A stretch of DNA of 61,627 nucleotides, counting the filler, from Candidatus Babelota bacterium (GTDB lineage: Bacteria; JAGOBX01): the NCBI GenBank assembly GCA_017999075.1. It is 7 parts of 7 records of this genome, joined end to end, with 100 filler letters (N's around TTAATTAATTAA, not from the genome) between each part and the next. Parts side by side here need not be neighbours in the genome. Positions count along the whole stretch, not along the records: positions 1 to 8,805 come from JAGOBX010000124.1; positions 8,906 to 17,707 come from JAGOBX010000125.1; 5 more parts are not named here. One strand, given 5' to 3'. Shown piece after piece: positions 1 to 9,859 of this stretch. A program made the position numbers and the translations under genes. Positions within the stretch are counted from its first letter, which is position 1, and each line of letters opens with the position of its first letter. The notes beneath the pieces are model-generated. The model saw only the letters and a list, made by a program, of their open reading frames with translations, ran no database searches and was not told the origin of the DNA.

Positions 1-2
1 GC

Positions 3-566
3 GGCAAACTTATGACAATATATAATTCCACAACAAATAAATCTGAAACGGATTTTATAGCTATGGATGTTCAAACACGAAGATTGCAAATATTAAAAGA
101 CAATCTTAAACATTATATTGGAAAAATTGATAATTTGAAAGTTGTTTGCGGCAATTTGAAAAAAATTCCATTTATGTTCCGCAGCAATGAAAAAAAGACT
201 GTGATATTGTTTGATGCTCCATGTTCAGGTTCTGGAATTATAAACAGATATCCTGGAAAATTATTTTCTATGAATAAAAACAATATAATGGAATTATCCG
301 AATTACAATTTGAAGGACTCAAAAATATTATTGAATCAGTAAAACCCGGAACAACTGTAATATATTCAGTCTGTTCTGTCCTTTTTGAAGAAACTTATCT
401 GATAATACAGAAAATTAAAAAGAAATATTCGAATATTGTTTCTGGAAATATAGATAATAGTATATTCAAGTCTGTTTTGAAATTTTATTCAACAGATGAA
501 GGAAATTTAATATATCCTTCTTCGATTTCAGACGGTTTTTTTATTGCCAAATTAATAAGGCTATAG
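3..566 (+). CDS. RsmB/NOL1/NOP2/Sun family RNA m5C methyltransferase, 5'-truncated at window/contig start
   Basis: DAPCSGSG (motif IV) and YSVCS (motif VI). The frame is open upstream of the Met at 12, reading GKL, the end of SAM-binding motif I (PGGK). Confidence 0.85.
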   Translation, partial: GKLMTIYNSTTNKSETDFIAMDVQTRRLQILKDNLKHYIGKIDNLKVVCGNLKKIPFMFRSNEKKTVILFDAPCSGSGIINRYPGKLFSMNKNNIMELSELQFEGLKNIIESVKPGTTVIYSVCSVLFEETYLIIQKIKKKYSNIVSGNIDNSIFKSVLKFYSTDEGNLIYPSSISDGFFIAKLIRL

Positions 567-582
567 TATAATAATTTTTAAT

Positions 583-822
583 ATGATTTTTAACGAATTA
601 GAAATAAATGAAAAAAATATTGTCAATGTAATATTTTCAAAGGTAATATTAAAAAACGGATTTGTGATTGAAAACTGTAGAGGAGTAATGCTGACTGAAA
701 ATACTTTAACATTAGCAACAAAAATTTCTGGGGAAATTGCTAATCAGACAATAATACTCCGTTCTGAAATATGTGCTCTGGAATATGGAGAAATAGTTTA
801 TAAAAAAAGGTATTACTGTTAA
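583..822 (+). CDS. Small hypothetical protein, possible Sm/Hfq-like small beta-barrel
   Basis: 79-aa ORF filling the gap between two co-oriented genes; its stop directly abuts the next ATG. Pattern V-x-L-K-N-G ... I-I-L-R-S-E-I. Confidence 0.5.
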   Translation: MIFNELEINEKNIVNVIFSKVILKNGFVIENCRGVMLTENTLTLATKISGEIANQTIILRSEICALEYGEIVYKKRYYC

Positions 823-2184
823 ATGAAACCAAAAATATTATTTGTAGATGACGAAAAAAATGTTTTGCAGTTTTTTCAGGAATTATTTCAAGACGAATAC
901 GAGGTCTTTACGATAAATAATGGATTTAAAGCAATAGATATAATTTCAAAAAATTCTCCTGACCTTGTGTTTCTTGATATAATTATGCCTGAAATCGGCG
1001 GTATAGAAACTTTGAAAATGATAAAAGACAGGTTTCCAAATCAGCTTGTTGTAATGCTGACAGCAGTATCAGATGTTTCTACAGCAGTAAAATCTTTGAA
1101 ACTTGGAGCCAATGATTATATATGCAAGCCGTTTGAGATAAAAAATCTCCGTGAATTTATAAAAAAAATATTAAGTTATCAGATTTTGAAAAAAAACTAT
1201 AGAAATAATCAGGATTCCTCTTTAAAAGAAGATGGCGGGCAAATAGATATAATAGGAAATTCTTTTGAAATAAGAAAAGCTCTTGATACTGTAAATAAAG
1301 TGGCTAACAAAGATGTTACAATATTATTAAATGGTGAAACCGGTACAGGAAAAGAAGTAATAGCAAAATATATTCATGCATTAAGTTCAAGATCAAAAAA
1401 AAATTTTATTTCTGTAGATTGTTCTGCAATACCTTCGACTTTGCTTGAAAGTGAGTTGTTCGGTTATGAAAAAGGAGCTTTTACAGGAGCTGTTTCAAGA
1501 AAAACAGGAAGATTCGAGATGGCTGATGAAGGAACTTTATTCTTGGATGAAATAGGCAATTTACCTGTAGAATTTCAGCCTAAACTTTTAAGAGCAATAC
1601 AGGAAGGTGAAATTTACAGACTTGGTTATGAACAGCCTATAAAAATTGATGTAAGAATAATAGTGGCAACGCATATAGATATTGAAGAATCAGTGAAAAA
1701 AGGATTGTTCAGACAAGATTTGTTTTTCAGATTGAATGTTATCAAAATAGAATTACCGCCGTTAAGAAAAAGAATAGAAGATATTAAAGATCTGCTTGAT
1801 TATTTTATAGAAAAATTTTGCGGTAAATTCGGAATTCCTGTGAAAAAATATGACGCGTCTATTGTTAAATATCTTCAATCTTACGAATGGCCGGGAAATA
1901 TCAGGGAATTTCAAAATGCGGTTGAACGGGCGATTGTTCTTTCAGGAGAAAATGAAGAATTGTCGAAAGATTTGTTTTTTTTGAAAAATTCGTTAAGTAT
2001 AAAAAAAGACGATTTGTTCAGCAGCGGATTAACCCTGAAAGACGCTCAATCTCTATTTGAAAAAGAATACATATTCAATACTTTGGTACAATGCAAGGGC
2101 AGCAGAAAAGATGCGGCGGAAAAACTTAATATTGACAGGTCTTATATATCAAAATTAATAACAAAATACGATATTAAAATTTAA
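823..2184 (+). CDS. Sigma54-dependent response regulator (NtrC/AtoC family; REC-AAA+-Fis HTH)
   Basis: REC (VDDE, FLDIIMP, KPF), Walker A GETGTGKE, ESELFG, GAFTGA, Walker B LFLDEIG, WPGNIRE, C-terminal HTH. Confidence 0.95.
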   Translation: MKPKILFVDDEKNVLQFFQELFQDEYEVFTINNGFKAIDIISKNSPDLVFLDIIMPEIGGIETLKMIKDRFPNQLVVMLTAVSDVSTAVKSLKLGANDYICKPFEIKNLREFIKKILSYQILKKNYRNNQDSSLKEDGGQIDIIGNSFEIRKALDTVNKVANKDVTILLNGETGTGKEVIAKYIHALSSRSKKNFISVDCSAIPSTLLESELFGYEKGAFTGAVSRKTGRFEMADEGTLFLDEIGNLPVEFQPKLLRAIQEGEIYRLGYEQPIKIDVRIIVATHIDIEESVKKGLFRQDLFFRLNVIKIELPPLRKRIEDIKDLLDYFIEKFCGKFGIPVKKYDASIVKYLQSYEWPGNIREFQNAVERAIVLSGENEELSKDLFFLKNSLSIKKDDLFSSGLTLKDAQSLFEKEYIFNTLVQCKGSRKDAAEKLNIDRSYISKLITKYDIKI

Positions 2185-2218
2185 ATTATCACAAAATTTT
2201 AAAATTAGTGATTTGATA

Positions 2219-3964
2219 ATGGAAAAATGCAAAAAAATTAAAATAAATAATTTTATATTTTATTTTATTTTTTGTTGTGCTTTTATTCCTGCCTTATCAT
2301 ATAATGCAGTTTCAAAACCGGTTATAGAATTTTCTCAAGAAGAAATGAATTACATCTCTTCAAAACAGAAAATTATAGTTCTATGTGATTATTATTTCCC
2401 TCCATTTATATTTGAAGATGCTGTAACCAAGCAAATTAAAGGATTCAGCGTAGATATTATTAAAGCTATCTCCGAAAAAACCGGATTGGAAGTGGTGTTT
2501 AAATCTATGCGGTGGGAAAAAGTTATTCCTGCGCTCCTTAATAAAGACGGAGATATTATAGCTGGAATTATTTTAACCCCTGAACGAAATCAAATTTTAG
2601 ATTTTTCAACTCCTTACTTATTCAGTTCCAGAAATATATTTGTTCAAAAAGGAAATCCAAAAAAAATTTTAACTATAAATGATTTGAAATTCAAAAAAAT
2701 TGCAGTTCAAAAAAGTGATGTATGCGAGAATGTCATTAAAAATATAAACGGCGCCAATATTATTTTTACGGATAATCAAAAAGACGGAATTTTATATTTA
2801 AACAATAAACTGATAGATGCTTTTGTCGGAAATAAATTTTTAGGCATATATTTAATAAAATCTTTGAAAATAACCAATATTGATATGATTGAAGGGAATA
2901 TTGCTGCATCTGATTACTGCATAGGAATGAATAAAGGAAATGAAGTTCTTAAAAATATTATAAACAAAACTCTGAACATATTGAAAATGAGTGATGAATA
3001 TGATGAAATTTATAATAAATGGTTTTCTCTTTCTGAAATCAATGAAAAAATGAATGTTCAGTATAAACAGATAATTTTAATAGTGTTATTGATATTATTT
3101 ATTTTTTTTATTTTATTGGTAATATCATTAACATGGATTTATGTTTTAAAAAAAGCTATAAAATATCAGACTAAAAAAATTAATTTGTCAAGAAATGAAC
3201 TCATTGAACAAAACCGGAAAATTATTGAATCGAACGAACAACTGAAAAAATTGGATTCTATGAAAGATAATTTTGTTTCCAATGTGAGCCATGAATTAAG
3301 AACCCCTCTTGTTTCCATACTCGGTTATGTGAATTTGCTTGAAGAAAAAAAATTAGGCGATCTTAGTGAAAAACAAATTAAAGCTATAAATATAATAGCG
3401 AAAAATATAAATAAACTTCTTACGATAATCAATTCATTGCTTGATATAACTCGTTCTGAAGAAAAACTTTTTAAAGATAAACGGGAATATGTTGACCTTG
3501 TAAAAATGATTGAAAATTCAATTGCTCTCTATGAACCTATGATAAAATCAAGAAATATAAAAGTTTCATTTGATTATGATAAATCTGCAAAATATGTTTT
3601 TGAATCGCATATGCAGCTTGTAGAAATAATTATAAATAACTTGATAACCAATGCTATAAAATATAATAAAAATGAAGGCTCAATTTTTATAGAGTTGACA
3701 AAAAATGAAAAAACAATTATTCTTTCAGTAAAAGATACTGGAATAGGCATTGATAAAATTCATTTCCCGAAAATTTTTGACAGGTTCTATCAGATAGATA
3801 ACAAAATCACTTCGAATAGCGGTGGATTTGGAATTGGATTGTATTTGATAAAAAAATATGCGACAATATTAAAATCCAGTATTGAATTGGAATCTGAAAT
3901 CGGGAAAGGTTCTGAATTTAAAATAATATTTAATATTAACGGAGAAAATTACGATGAGCGATGA
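2219..3964 (+). CDS. Sensor histidine kinase with extracytoplasmic amino-acid-binding (PBP family 3) domain
   Basis: N-terminal hydrophobic segment, PBPb motif (FPPF...GFSVDI), TM, H-box SHELRTPL, N-box NLITNAIKY, G-boxes DTGIGI and GFGIGL. The ATG at 2219 is preferred over the TTG at 2213. Confidence 0.92.
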   Translation: MEKCKKIKINNFIFYFIFCCAFIPALSYNAVSKPVIEFSQEEMNYISSKQKIIVLCDYYFPPFIFEDAVTKQIKGFSVDIIKAISEKTGLEVVFKSMRWEKVIPALLNKDGDIIAGIILTPERNQILDFSTPYLFSSRNIFVQKGNPKKILTINDLKFKKIAVQKSDVCENVIKNINGANIIFTDNQKDGILYLNNKLIDAFVGNKFLGIYLIKSLKITNIDMIEGNIAASDYCIGMNKGNEVLKNIINKTLNILKMSDEYDEIYNKWFSLSEINEKMNVQYKQIILIVLLILFIFFILLVISLTWIYVLKKAIKYQTKKINLSRNELIEQNRKIIESNEQLKKLDSMKDNFVSNVSHELRTPLVSILGYVNLLEEKKLGDLSEKQIKAINIIAKNINKLLTIINSLLDITRSEEKLFKDKREYVDLVKMIENSIALYEPMIKSRNIKVSFDYDKSAKYVFESHMQLVEIIINNLITNAIKYNKNEGSIFIELTKNEKTIILSVKDTGIGIDKIHFPKIFDRFYQIDNKITSNSGGFGIGLYLIKKYATILKSSIELESEIGKGSEFKIIFNINGENYDER

Positions 3965-4919
3965 TAAAAACAATAATGTGAATCAGGCAAACAATCAAAA
4001 TATAAATGAAGAAATTGTTTTTAAAATTAAACTTAAATCATTAAAACTTCTGGCGTACGGATTGATATTTTTTTCAGTTATACGTAAGACAAAGGAATGC
4101 GGGTTTAAACAGGTTATAGCTTCATTGAAACCTAATTTATATCAGGATTTGGTGATAGAACTTAATTGGGAGCTTCTGAAAGAAAAATTGTTTGATTTTA
4201 CAATAAAAAAAGCTGATACTGTGAATCAGCCTATTACTGAAGATATAATGTCAGTAATAACTGAAGCTTTAAAAGAACCGGATTTTAGAGAGGATATGCT
4301 TACCTACGCTGATAAGGAACAGTTTGGTTCGATTTATGAATTGCTAAAAAACAAGCTTTCTGATGTTATCCCTGGAAGAATTGAACTTCAGTGTGAAATA
4401 GAAAAAATTGATTCTACAAAATCATTTGAAAAACAAGCGTCTGAAGAAGAAGCTGCTAAGAAAAATGAAAATGCGATGATTGTTGATCCGAAAAGCCCTC
4501 ATTTTATCAATGTTGAAGGATTCGAAGATAAATTATTGGGTAAAAAAATAGGAAATTTAAAATCTAATGATAAAATAATTTTAAAAATTACAGATAATTC
4601 ATTTTCTGAAAAAGTTTATGAAAATTTACCTTCGTTTAAATTCGGACATCATTACGGGACTTTCACTGAATTTTATAAAGATGATTCAGGAATAAATTAT
4701 GCCGTATTTAATTTGGGAAATAATTTTTTCGGGAGGTTTAAGGTAGCAAAAGAAGATAATATAAAAAAAATTAAATATGTTATGCCTCAGAACGAAAGCG
4801 GTCTTGATAAACTTAAATTTATAACTGACAACACATTTACTTTTTATATAATTTTAATAACTGTCGCTGTAATACTTTGTTTTTTATCATGGCAGTATTA
4901 TACGTGGCTGTATGAATAA
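3954..4919 (+). CDS. Hypothetical protein with single C-terminal TM anchor (possibly DUF4899-like)
   Basis: 321-aa ORF overlapping the kinase stop; hydrophobic C-terminus FYIILITVAVILCFLSW. Family resemblance is from memory only. Confidence 0.55.
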   Translation: MSDDKNNNVNQANNQNINEEIVFKIKLKSLKLLAYGLIFFSVIRKTKECGFKQVIASLKPNLYQDLVIELNWELLKEKLFDFTIKKADTVNQPITEDIMSVITEALKEPDFREDMLTYADKEQFGSIYELLKNKLSDVIPGRIELQCEIEKIDSTKSFEKQASEEEAAKKNENAMIVDPKSPHFINVEGFEDKLLGKKIGNLKSNDKIILKITDNSFSEKVYENLPSFKFGHHYGTFTEFYKDDSGINYAVFNLGNNFFGRFKVAKEDNIKKIKYVMPQNESGLDKLKFITDNTFTFYIILITVAVILCFLSWQYYTWLYE

Positions 4920-5014
4920 AGTAAATTGAATCTGAATTTAATTTCAGAATAATGAGTTCATCTATGAACCATATCATTTTTTGATTAATAGTCATTATCC
5001 GAAAAATCCGAATA

Positions 5015-7108
5015 TTACTTTTTTGATAAAACAATCCATTCCTGAGAATAAACTGCCATTGAAAGATATAAATTCCTTAATTCGGAATAATTTGATTTTT
5101 CAATATAATCTGTTTTTCTTGAAAAATCAGAATTATAATTTATACAGCCTTCATTAACATCATATTTCCCTGTAAAACTAATATCTTTAAATGAAATATT
5201 CAATTTTTCCGGAATATAATATATATTATAATTTTCCGGCAAAATAATCTCGGCTTCAATTTTGTGAAATTCATTGCCATACCATTTTATATCAAAGTCC
5301 CTATCTGTTTTATTAAAATCGAATCCGGTTTGCACCACTCCCGGAACTCTGAAACATTTTATTTTATCGCCTGCAGATATGCAGTAATTTCGGATAGAAT
5401 ATTTATAGTTTATAACAAATTCGTTAGAATCAGAATTGTTTTCACCAAGCCGGTATTCTAAAAGTTCAGCGTTGTTATGAATACTTGAAACCATGTTTTC
5501 AAACATTTTTTTTATTTCTTCATTGTTCATTAAAACTGCTGACCGCATATCAATTGAAAAGTTCCCGTGAAATTTAATTGTTTCCTCGCATTCTATAAAA
5601 TTATCATTGCGTATTTTTATAAAAATTTTTTTATGTATACCATCATTTTCAATGGTTTTTGATTCCGGCAGTTTTATGAATTTGTATTCTTTTTGGTTTA
5701 ATATTTCGACAGCTTCAGTGTTATGAAGCTCAAAAGGAATATTGCCGATAGGTGATGTTTTATCAAAAGGGGCAAGAAAATAAGTTTTATCCTGAATTTG
5801 AACCTTGCATATTGCCTTGTTAAATTCTTTCAGATTTGCTGTCATTGAAATTTTTCCGGATTCCCCTGTTCTGCATAAAACAAAATGCGATTCTATACCC
5901 TCATTTTTCAGTAGAGCCATCATGAAAAGTATTTTATCAAAATAATTTCCTGACATAGAATTTGATAAAACTTTCAAATCGTAAAATCCGTAATTCCAGT
6001 TTAATGGGGAAATGCTGAATGTCTCGAAATTTTTTAACATAAAATCATATATTGCGCTTAATTTTTCAAATGAAGTTTTTTCCTGAATTTTTAAAGATTC
6101 GTTTATGAAAGTTAAATAATTATTTTTTTCCAGTTTGCTATAAAATATATTTGCAAAATTATAAACAATTTCATCCCATGTTTTTTTTTCTGTAGCAACT
6201 AAAGACGGCAGCACTTCTCTGTATGGCGGAATATTCTGCTCTTCATAATATTGGTCAAGATTTTCTGCTGAAAATTCTAATATTTTTCTTCCTTTAAAAT
6301 TATTAATATTAATTTTTATAACAGATGTATCATTGACAAAATAATTAATTTCTTTCGATTCTGGAATATCAATAGATATATTTTTAAATATCACAGGTTC
6401 GGCTTCCCTGAAAATTTGATTAATATAAAATGGAAAAATATAAGAATCATATTTCCTTATTGTCTCAGTAGAATAATAAATATATGATCCTGGTTTTGTT
6501 TCAGGAAGTGAAAACCGGAGTCTTTTTAAATTGTTGTATAATTGTTCTGAATAAATTTCTTCGTCTTTCAATGCGTTATCGTCAAGATGTTTAACTATAC
6601 CCTTGTCATTTATTGATATGGCGAATTCTATTGAAGGAGAATCATATAATGAATAGTAATAATAATTATTTATTCCCTGCGATTCCCCTCTTTTTTGTAA
6701 AATTTTTTTTAATACAGTATATTTTATTTTGTAGGTATTTCCGGTTATCTGTTTATATTCCGTGTTTGAATAAAGCGTTATAATTCCTGCATTAGGATAA
6801 CTGTCTGCAGATATTTCTGTTTCAGTATACTTTTTTAAAATTTCATCATTGGCAGCAATATCTTTAATATTGCTGTAAATATGCCATTTCCGCTGTTTCT
6901 GAAGATTTACGGTTTTAACTTCAGATAAATGAAATTTGAGTTTTTCCTCAGAATCAGGAATTTCAAAAAATAGAATATCGTTTTTTATTTCTGAAATTTT
7001 TCCTGAATATTCTCTGCCGTCGTTAAGAAGTAAAATATCAGCATGAGATGTTTTAAAAAATGTTGTGGCTGAAATAATAAGAAAATATAATAAAAGTTTT
7101 TTTTTCAT
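5015..7108 (-). CDS. Secreted DUF3857/transglutaminase-like/DUF3858 protein, probably catalytically inactive
   Basis: Signal peptide; DUF3857 motifs (LP-x-x-KPGSYI, FREAEPV); the transglutaminase core reads GNYFDK instead of GDCxD; C-terminal LPENY-type domain. Confidence 0.8.
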   Translation of the reverse strand: MKKKLLLYFLIISATTFFKTSHADILLLNDGREYSGKISEIKNDILFFEIPDSEEKLKFHLSEVKTVNLQKQRKWHIYSNIKDIAANDEILKKYTETEISADSYPNAGIITLYSNTEYKQITGNTYKIKYTVLKKILQKRGESQGINNYYYYSLYDSPSIEFAISINDKGIVKHLDDNALKDEEIYSEQLYNNLKRLRFSLPETKPGSYIYYSTETIRKYDSYIFPFYINQIFREAEPVIFKNISIDIPESKEINYFVNDTSVIKININNFKGRKILEFSAENLDQYYEEQNIPPYREVLPSLVATEKKTWDEIVYNFANIFYSKLEKNNYLTFINESLKIQEKTSFEKLSAIYDFMLKNFETFSISPLNWNYGFYDLKVLSNSMSGNYFDKILFMMALLKNEGIESHFVLCRTGESGKISMTANLKEFNKAICKVQIQDKTYFLAPFDKTSPIGNIPFELHNTEAVEILNQKEYKFIKLPESKTIENDGIHKKIFIKIRNDNFIECEETIKFHGNFSIDMRSAVLMNNEEIKKMFENMVSSIHNNAELLEYRLGENNSDSNEFVINYKYSIRNYCISAGDKIKCFRVPGVVQTGFDFNKTDRDFDIKWYGNEFHKIEAEIILPENYNIYYIPEKLNISFKDISFTGKYDVNEGCINYNSDFSRKTDYIEKSNYSELRNLYLSMAVYSQEWIVLSKK

Positions 7109-7148
7109 AGTTTTTTGTTTTTTTAATATAATATAATTTTGGAAATTT

Positions 7149-8804
7149 TTAAATTGTTTTAATGAAAATCCTGTTTTGTGAAAATTCGGAAATTTTTTGT
7201 AATCCGTTTTTAAATTCCTGATATTTTTCTGCAGGAATTATTCTTTGTTTAATTATAAAAATTTCGTTAAATTCAACAGTAAAATTATTTTTTAATGTGA
7301 ATTCGCCTGAATATTCAAAAAAATCATTGCTAATAATCAGATTATCAGGGAAAAATTTAATTGAATGATTTTTAGGAAATTTGATTTTTATTGAGTTTAT
7401 TCTGCTTGAAGTTGAATTGTAATGAATATCGTATTTCCGTTTTTCCAATCCTATTTCATCAAATTTTTTTTCTATAGTGGGAATTTTAACTATAAAAAGA
7501 TCTCCTGCTTTTTCCCACATGTTTGACGCTTCAAACTGTATTGCCATTTTGAGAGGCATATTCAAATCCATTAAGTCTGAAATATTGAAATTTTTAAATA
7601 CTGCAGTGGGAGTTATTGAACTTACATAGTTTTGCATGACTTTAGCAGTGTCCTGTTTTTTTATATGTCTCCAGCTGTTTCTGACTTGCGCTTCATACGG
7701 ACCTGTATAAGTGTTTATTATAGAACATTCTGCGTTTCCCGATATATCGAACTCAATTTCAAGATTAGATTTTTTTTGGTTATTATCGGGATTCGCCAGT
7801 CCGGTATAACCTATCTCTTTTTTTATGTAATTAACAGCTTTGACCCCGTTATCATCGCTCCGCAAATATGGAAACCTGTATGTTTCAGAAGTAGGATCAA
7901 CATAAAATATATTTCCCTTGTATCTTATTTCCGTAATGCAATGATTACCGTCAGGAACAGGAATATCAGTTATCAATTCTCCTGCATCGTTAGTATTTAT
8001 TATTACAGGGTATGCTTCTATTCCCGCATAATTCAGCATTGCGCAATATAATATGCTTACATCAGTGCAATCGCCGAATTTATTTATGAAAGTTTCTTCA
8101 GCAGGATGACCTGACCATCCGCTGCTTACGCTTGATTTAACTGAAACATAACGGATATTTGTTTCTACCCAGTGAAACAAATCTGCCATAAGCTGTGTAT
8201 CGCTGTAAGATTTTTGTTTTATTGAATCAACTAAACTTTTTATTTTGTCGCCGGCTATTAAACGTTCTTTCTGGATTTTACTTATATATTCATAAAGATA
8301 ATTCCTGTCTTCTAAAAAAGTATAATTCAAAGAATATTTCACATCACTGATATTAGGCATATATGGTTCCGGATAAATAGGAGGAACATCTTCCATTTTG
8401 TAAGTATCAATAATAAAAGTGTCGTCTGAATTTTTTCGTACGGGTTTTCTGAATGACTCAGGCAGATTTCGGAACATAATATTTATTTTTTTTTCTTTTG
8501 GATAAATAATATGATATTCTGATTTAACTACAGGTATATTATCCTGAAAATACCATCCTCCGGAAAAAATATGTTTATCAAAAGGATTGTAGGTTTCTAT
8601 TTCATATGTATATTCTAATATGCTGCCTGTTTTTACTCCTGGAATTTTTGCTGAAATTGTTTTTCCTGATTTATCAAAATATTGGGATTCTTGAGACGGA
8701 GTAAGCGTTTTTATATCTTCCGAATTAAGTTTGTATTCATTGCCGTTTTTATCTATTGATCTACCTGATGTTATTTTAGCTGCAGAACGTCCTTCCGTAT
8801 AGTA
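7149..8804 (-). CDS. DUF3857/transglutaminase domain protein, 5'-truncated at contig end
   Basis: NIRYV, GDCTD, NHCI and YVDPT give an intact Cys-His-Asp triad. The frame stays open from 8477 to the contig edge (IPGVKTGSILEYTY...GWYFQDNIPV). Confidence 0.88.
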   Translation of the reverse strand, partial: YYTEGRSAAKITSGRSIDKNGNEYKLNSEDIKTLTPSQESQYFDKSGKTISAKIPGVKTGSILEYTYEIETYNPFDKHIFSGGWYFQDNIPVVKSEYHIIYPKEKKINIMFRNLPESFRKPVRKNSDDTFIIDTYKMEDVPPIYPEPYMPNISDVKYSLNYTFLEDRNYLYEYISKIQKERLIAGDKIKSLVDSIKQKSYSDTQLMADLFHWVETNIRYVSVKSSVSSGWSGHPAEETFINKFGDCTDVSILYCAMLNYAGIEAYPVIINTNDAGELITDIPVPDGNHCITEIRYKGNIFYVDPTSETYRFPYLRSDDNGVKAVNYIKKEIGYTGLANPDNNQKKSNLEIEFDISGNAECSIINTYTGPYEAQVRNSWRHIKKQDTAKVMQNYVSSITPTAVFKNFNISDLMDLNMPLKMAIQFEASNMWEKAGDLFIVKIPTIEKKFDEIGLEKRKYDIHYNSTSSRINSIKIKFPKNHSIKFFPDNLIISNDFFEYSGEFTLKNNFTVEFNEIFIIKQRIIPAEKYQEFKNGLQKISEFSQNRIFIKTI

Positions 8805-8805
8805 T

Positions 8806-8905
8806 NNNNNNNNNNNNNNNNNNNNNNNNNNNNNNNNNNNNNNNNNNNNTTAATTAATTAANNNNNNNNNNNNNNNNNNNNNNNNNNNNNNNNNNNNNNN
8901 NNNNN
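8806..8905. other. Artificial contig linker (N44-TTAATTAATTAA-N44)
   Basis: Identical 100-bp spacer with stops in all six frames, found six times in the window. Confidence 0.99.
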
Positions 8906-8958
8906 TGTGAGATTTTTTTGAAATCAAAAATAAATCTTCCTGAATTTTCAAATATTGA

Positions 8959-8986
8959 TTGACATAAAGGGCAGGATTAATATAAT
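8959..8986 (+). promoter_or_regulatory. Sigma70-type promoter for the amidohydrolase-rnc-gltX operon
   Basis: TTGACA (8959-8964)-N16-TATAAT (8981-8986); both hexamers are perfect. Confidence 0.7.
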
Positions 8987-9031
8987 AATACGCAATTTAT
9001 TTTTAAAAAAAATTAGTTTTTAATAAAAAAA

Positions 9032-9859
9032 ATGTATGATAATTATAAAATAATTGATACACATACTCATATATTTCCTGATGAACTTGCAGAACGGGCT
9101 ATTACTTTTCTTGAAGAAGAAGGAAATATAAAAGCTGAACATAACGGAACAGTTTTGGGGTTGTTGAAAAATATGGAACAATCAGGTATTGACAGGGCAG
9201 TTGTATTGTCAATAGCTACAAAACCCGGGCAGGTAGATAAAATTAATCAATGGGCAGCAGCTGAAACCAAAAAATTTTTTCCTAAATTATTATTGTCAGG
9301 GACATTACATCCTGATTATGAAAATATCGAAGACTCAATTAAATTTTTGAAGAAAAATAATATTAATGTTATAAAACTGCATCCTGAATATCAGTATTTT
9401 TGTCCTGCCGATAAAAGAGTTTTTAAATTATATGAAATAGCTTCTGATTATGAAATGGCCATATATTTTCATGCAGGCAGAGATATAGCTTATGTAGGTT
9501 CCAGATGCACTCCGAAAATTTTGAATAAAATAATTAATAAATATCCTAAATTAAAGGTTGTTGCAGCTCATTTAGGCAGTTTTGAATTATGGGATGAAGT
9601 ACTAACTTATCTTGCAGGAGAAAATATTTTTTTGGATACAGGATTTACGTTCGATCATATTTCAGAAGATATATTTTATAAAATTTTTGAGAAACACGAT
9701 AAATCGAAAATTTTGTTTGGAACTGATTCGCCATGGAAACCTCAATTGACATATGTTAAAAAAATATTGAATTTGAGAATAAATAGAGAGTTTTTAAAAA
9801 AAATGTTGTGGGATAATGCCGAATCATTGTTTTGGAATAATGATGGAAATTATGTTTGA
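9032..9859 (+). CDS. Amidohydrolase family protein (Amidohydro_2)
   Basis: IIDTHTH, IKLHPEYQ, FHAG, AAHLG and FGTDSPW metal-binding motifs. Confidence 0.9.
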   Translation: MYDNYKIIDTHTHIFPDELAERAITFLEEEGNIKAEHNGTVLGLLKNMEQSGIDRAVVLSIATKPGQVDKINQWAAAETKKFFPKLLLSGTLHPDYENIEDSIKFLKKNNINVIKLHPEYQYFCPADKRVFKLYEIASDYEMAIYFHAGRDIAYVGSRCTPKILNKIINKYPKLKVVAAHLGSFELWDEVLTYLAGENIFLDTGFTFDHISEDIFYKIFEKHDKSKILFGTDSPWKPQLTYVKKILNLRINREFLKKMLWDNAESLFWNNDGNYV

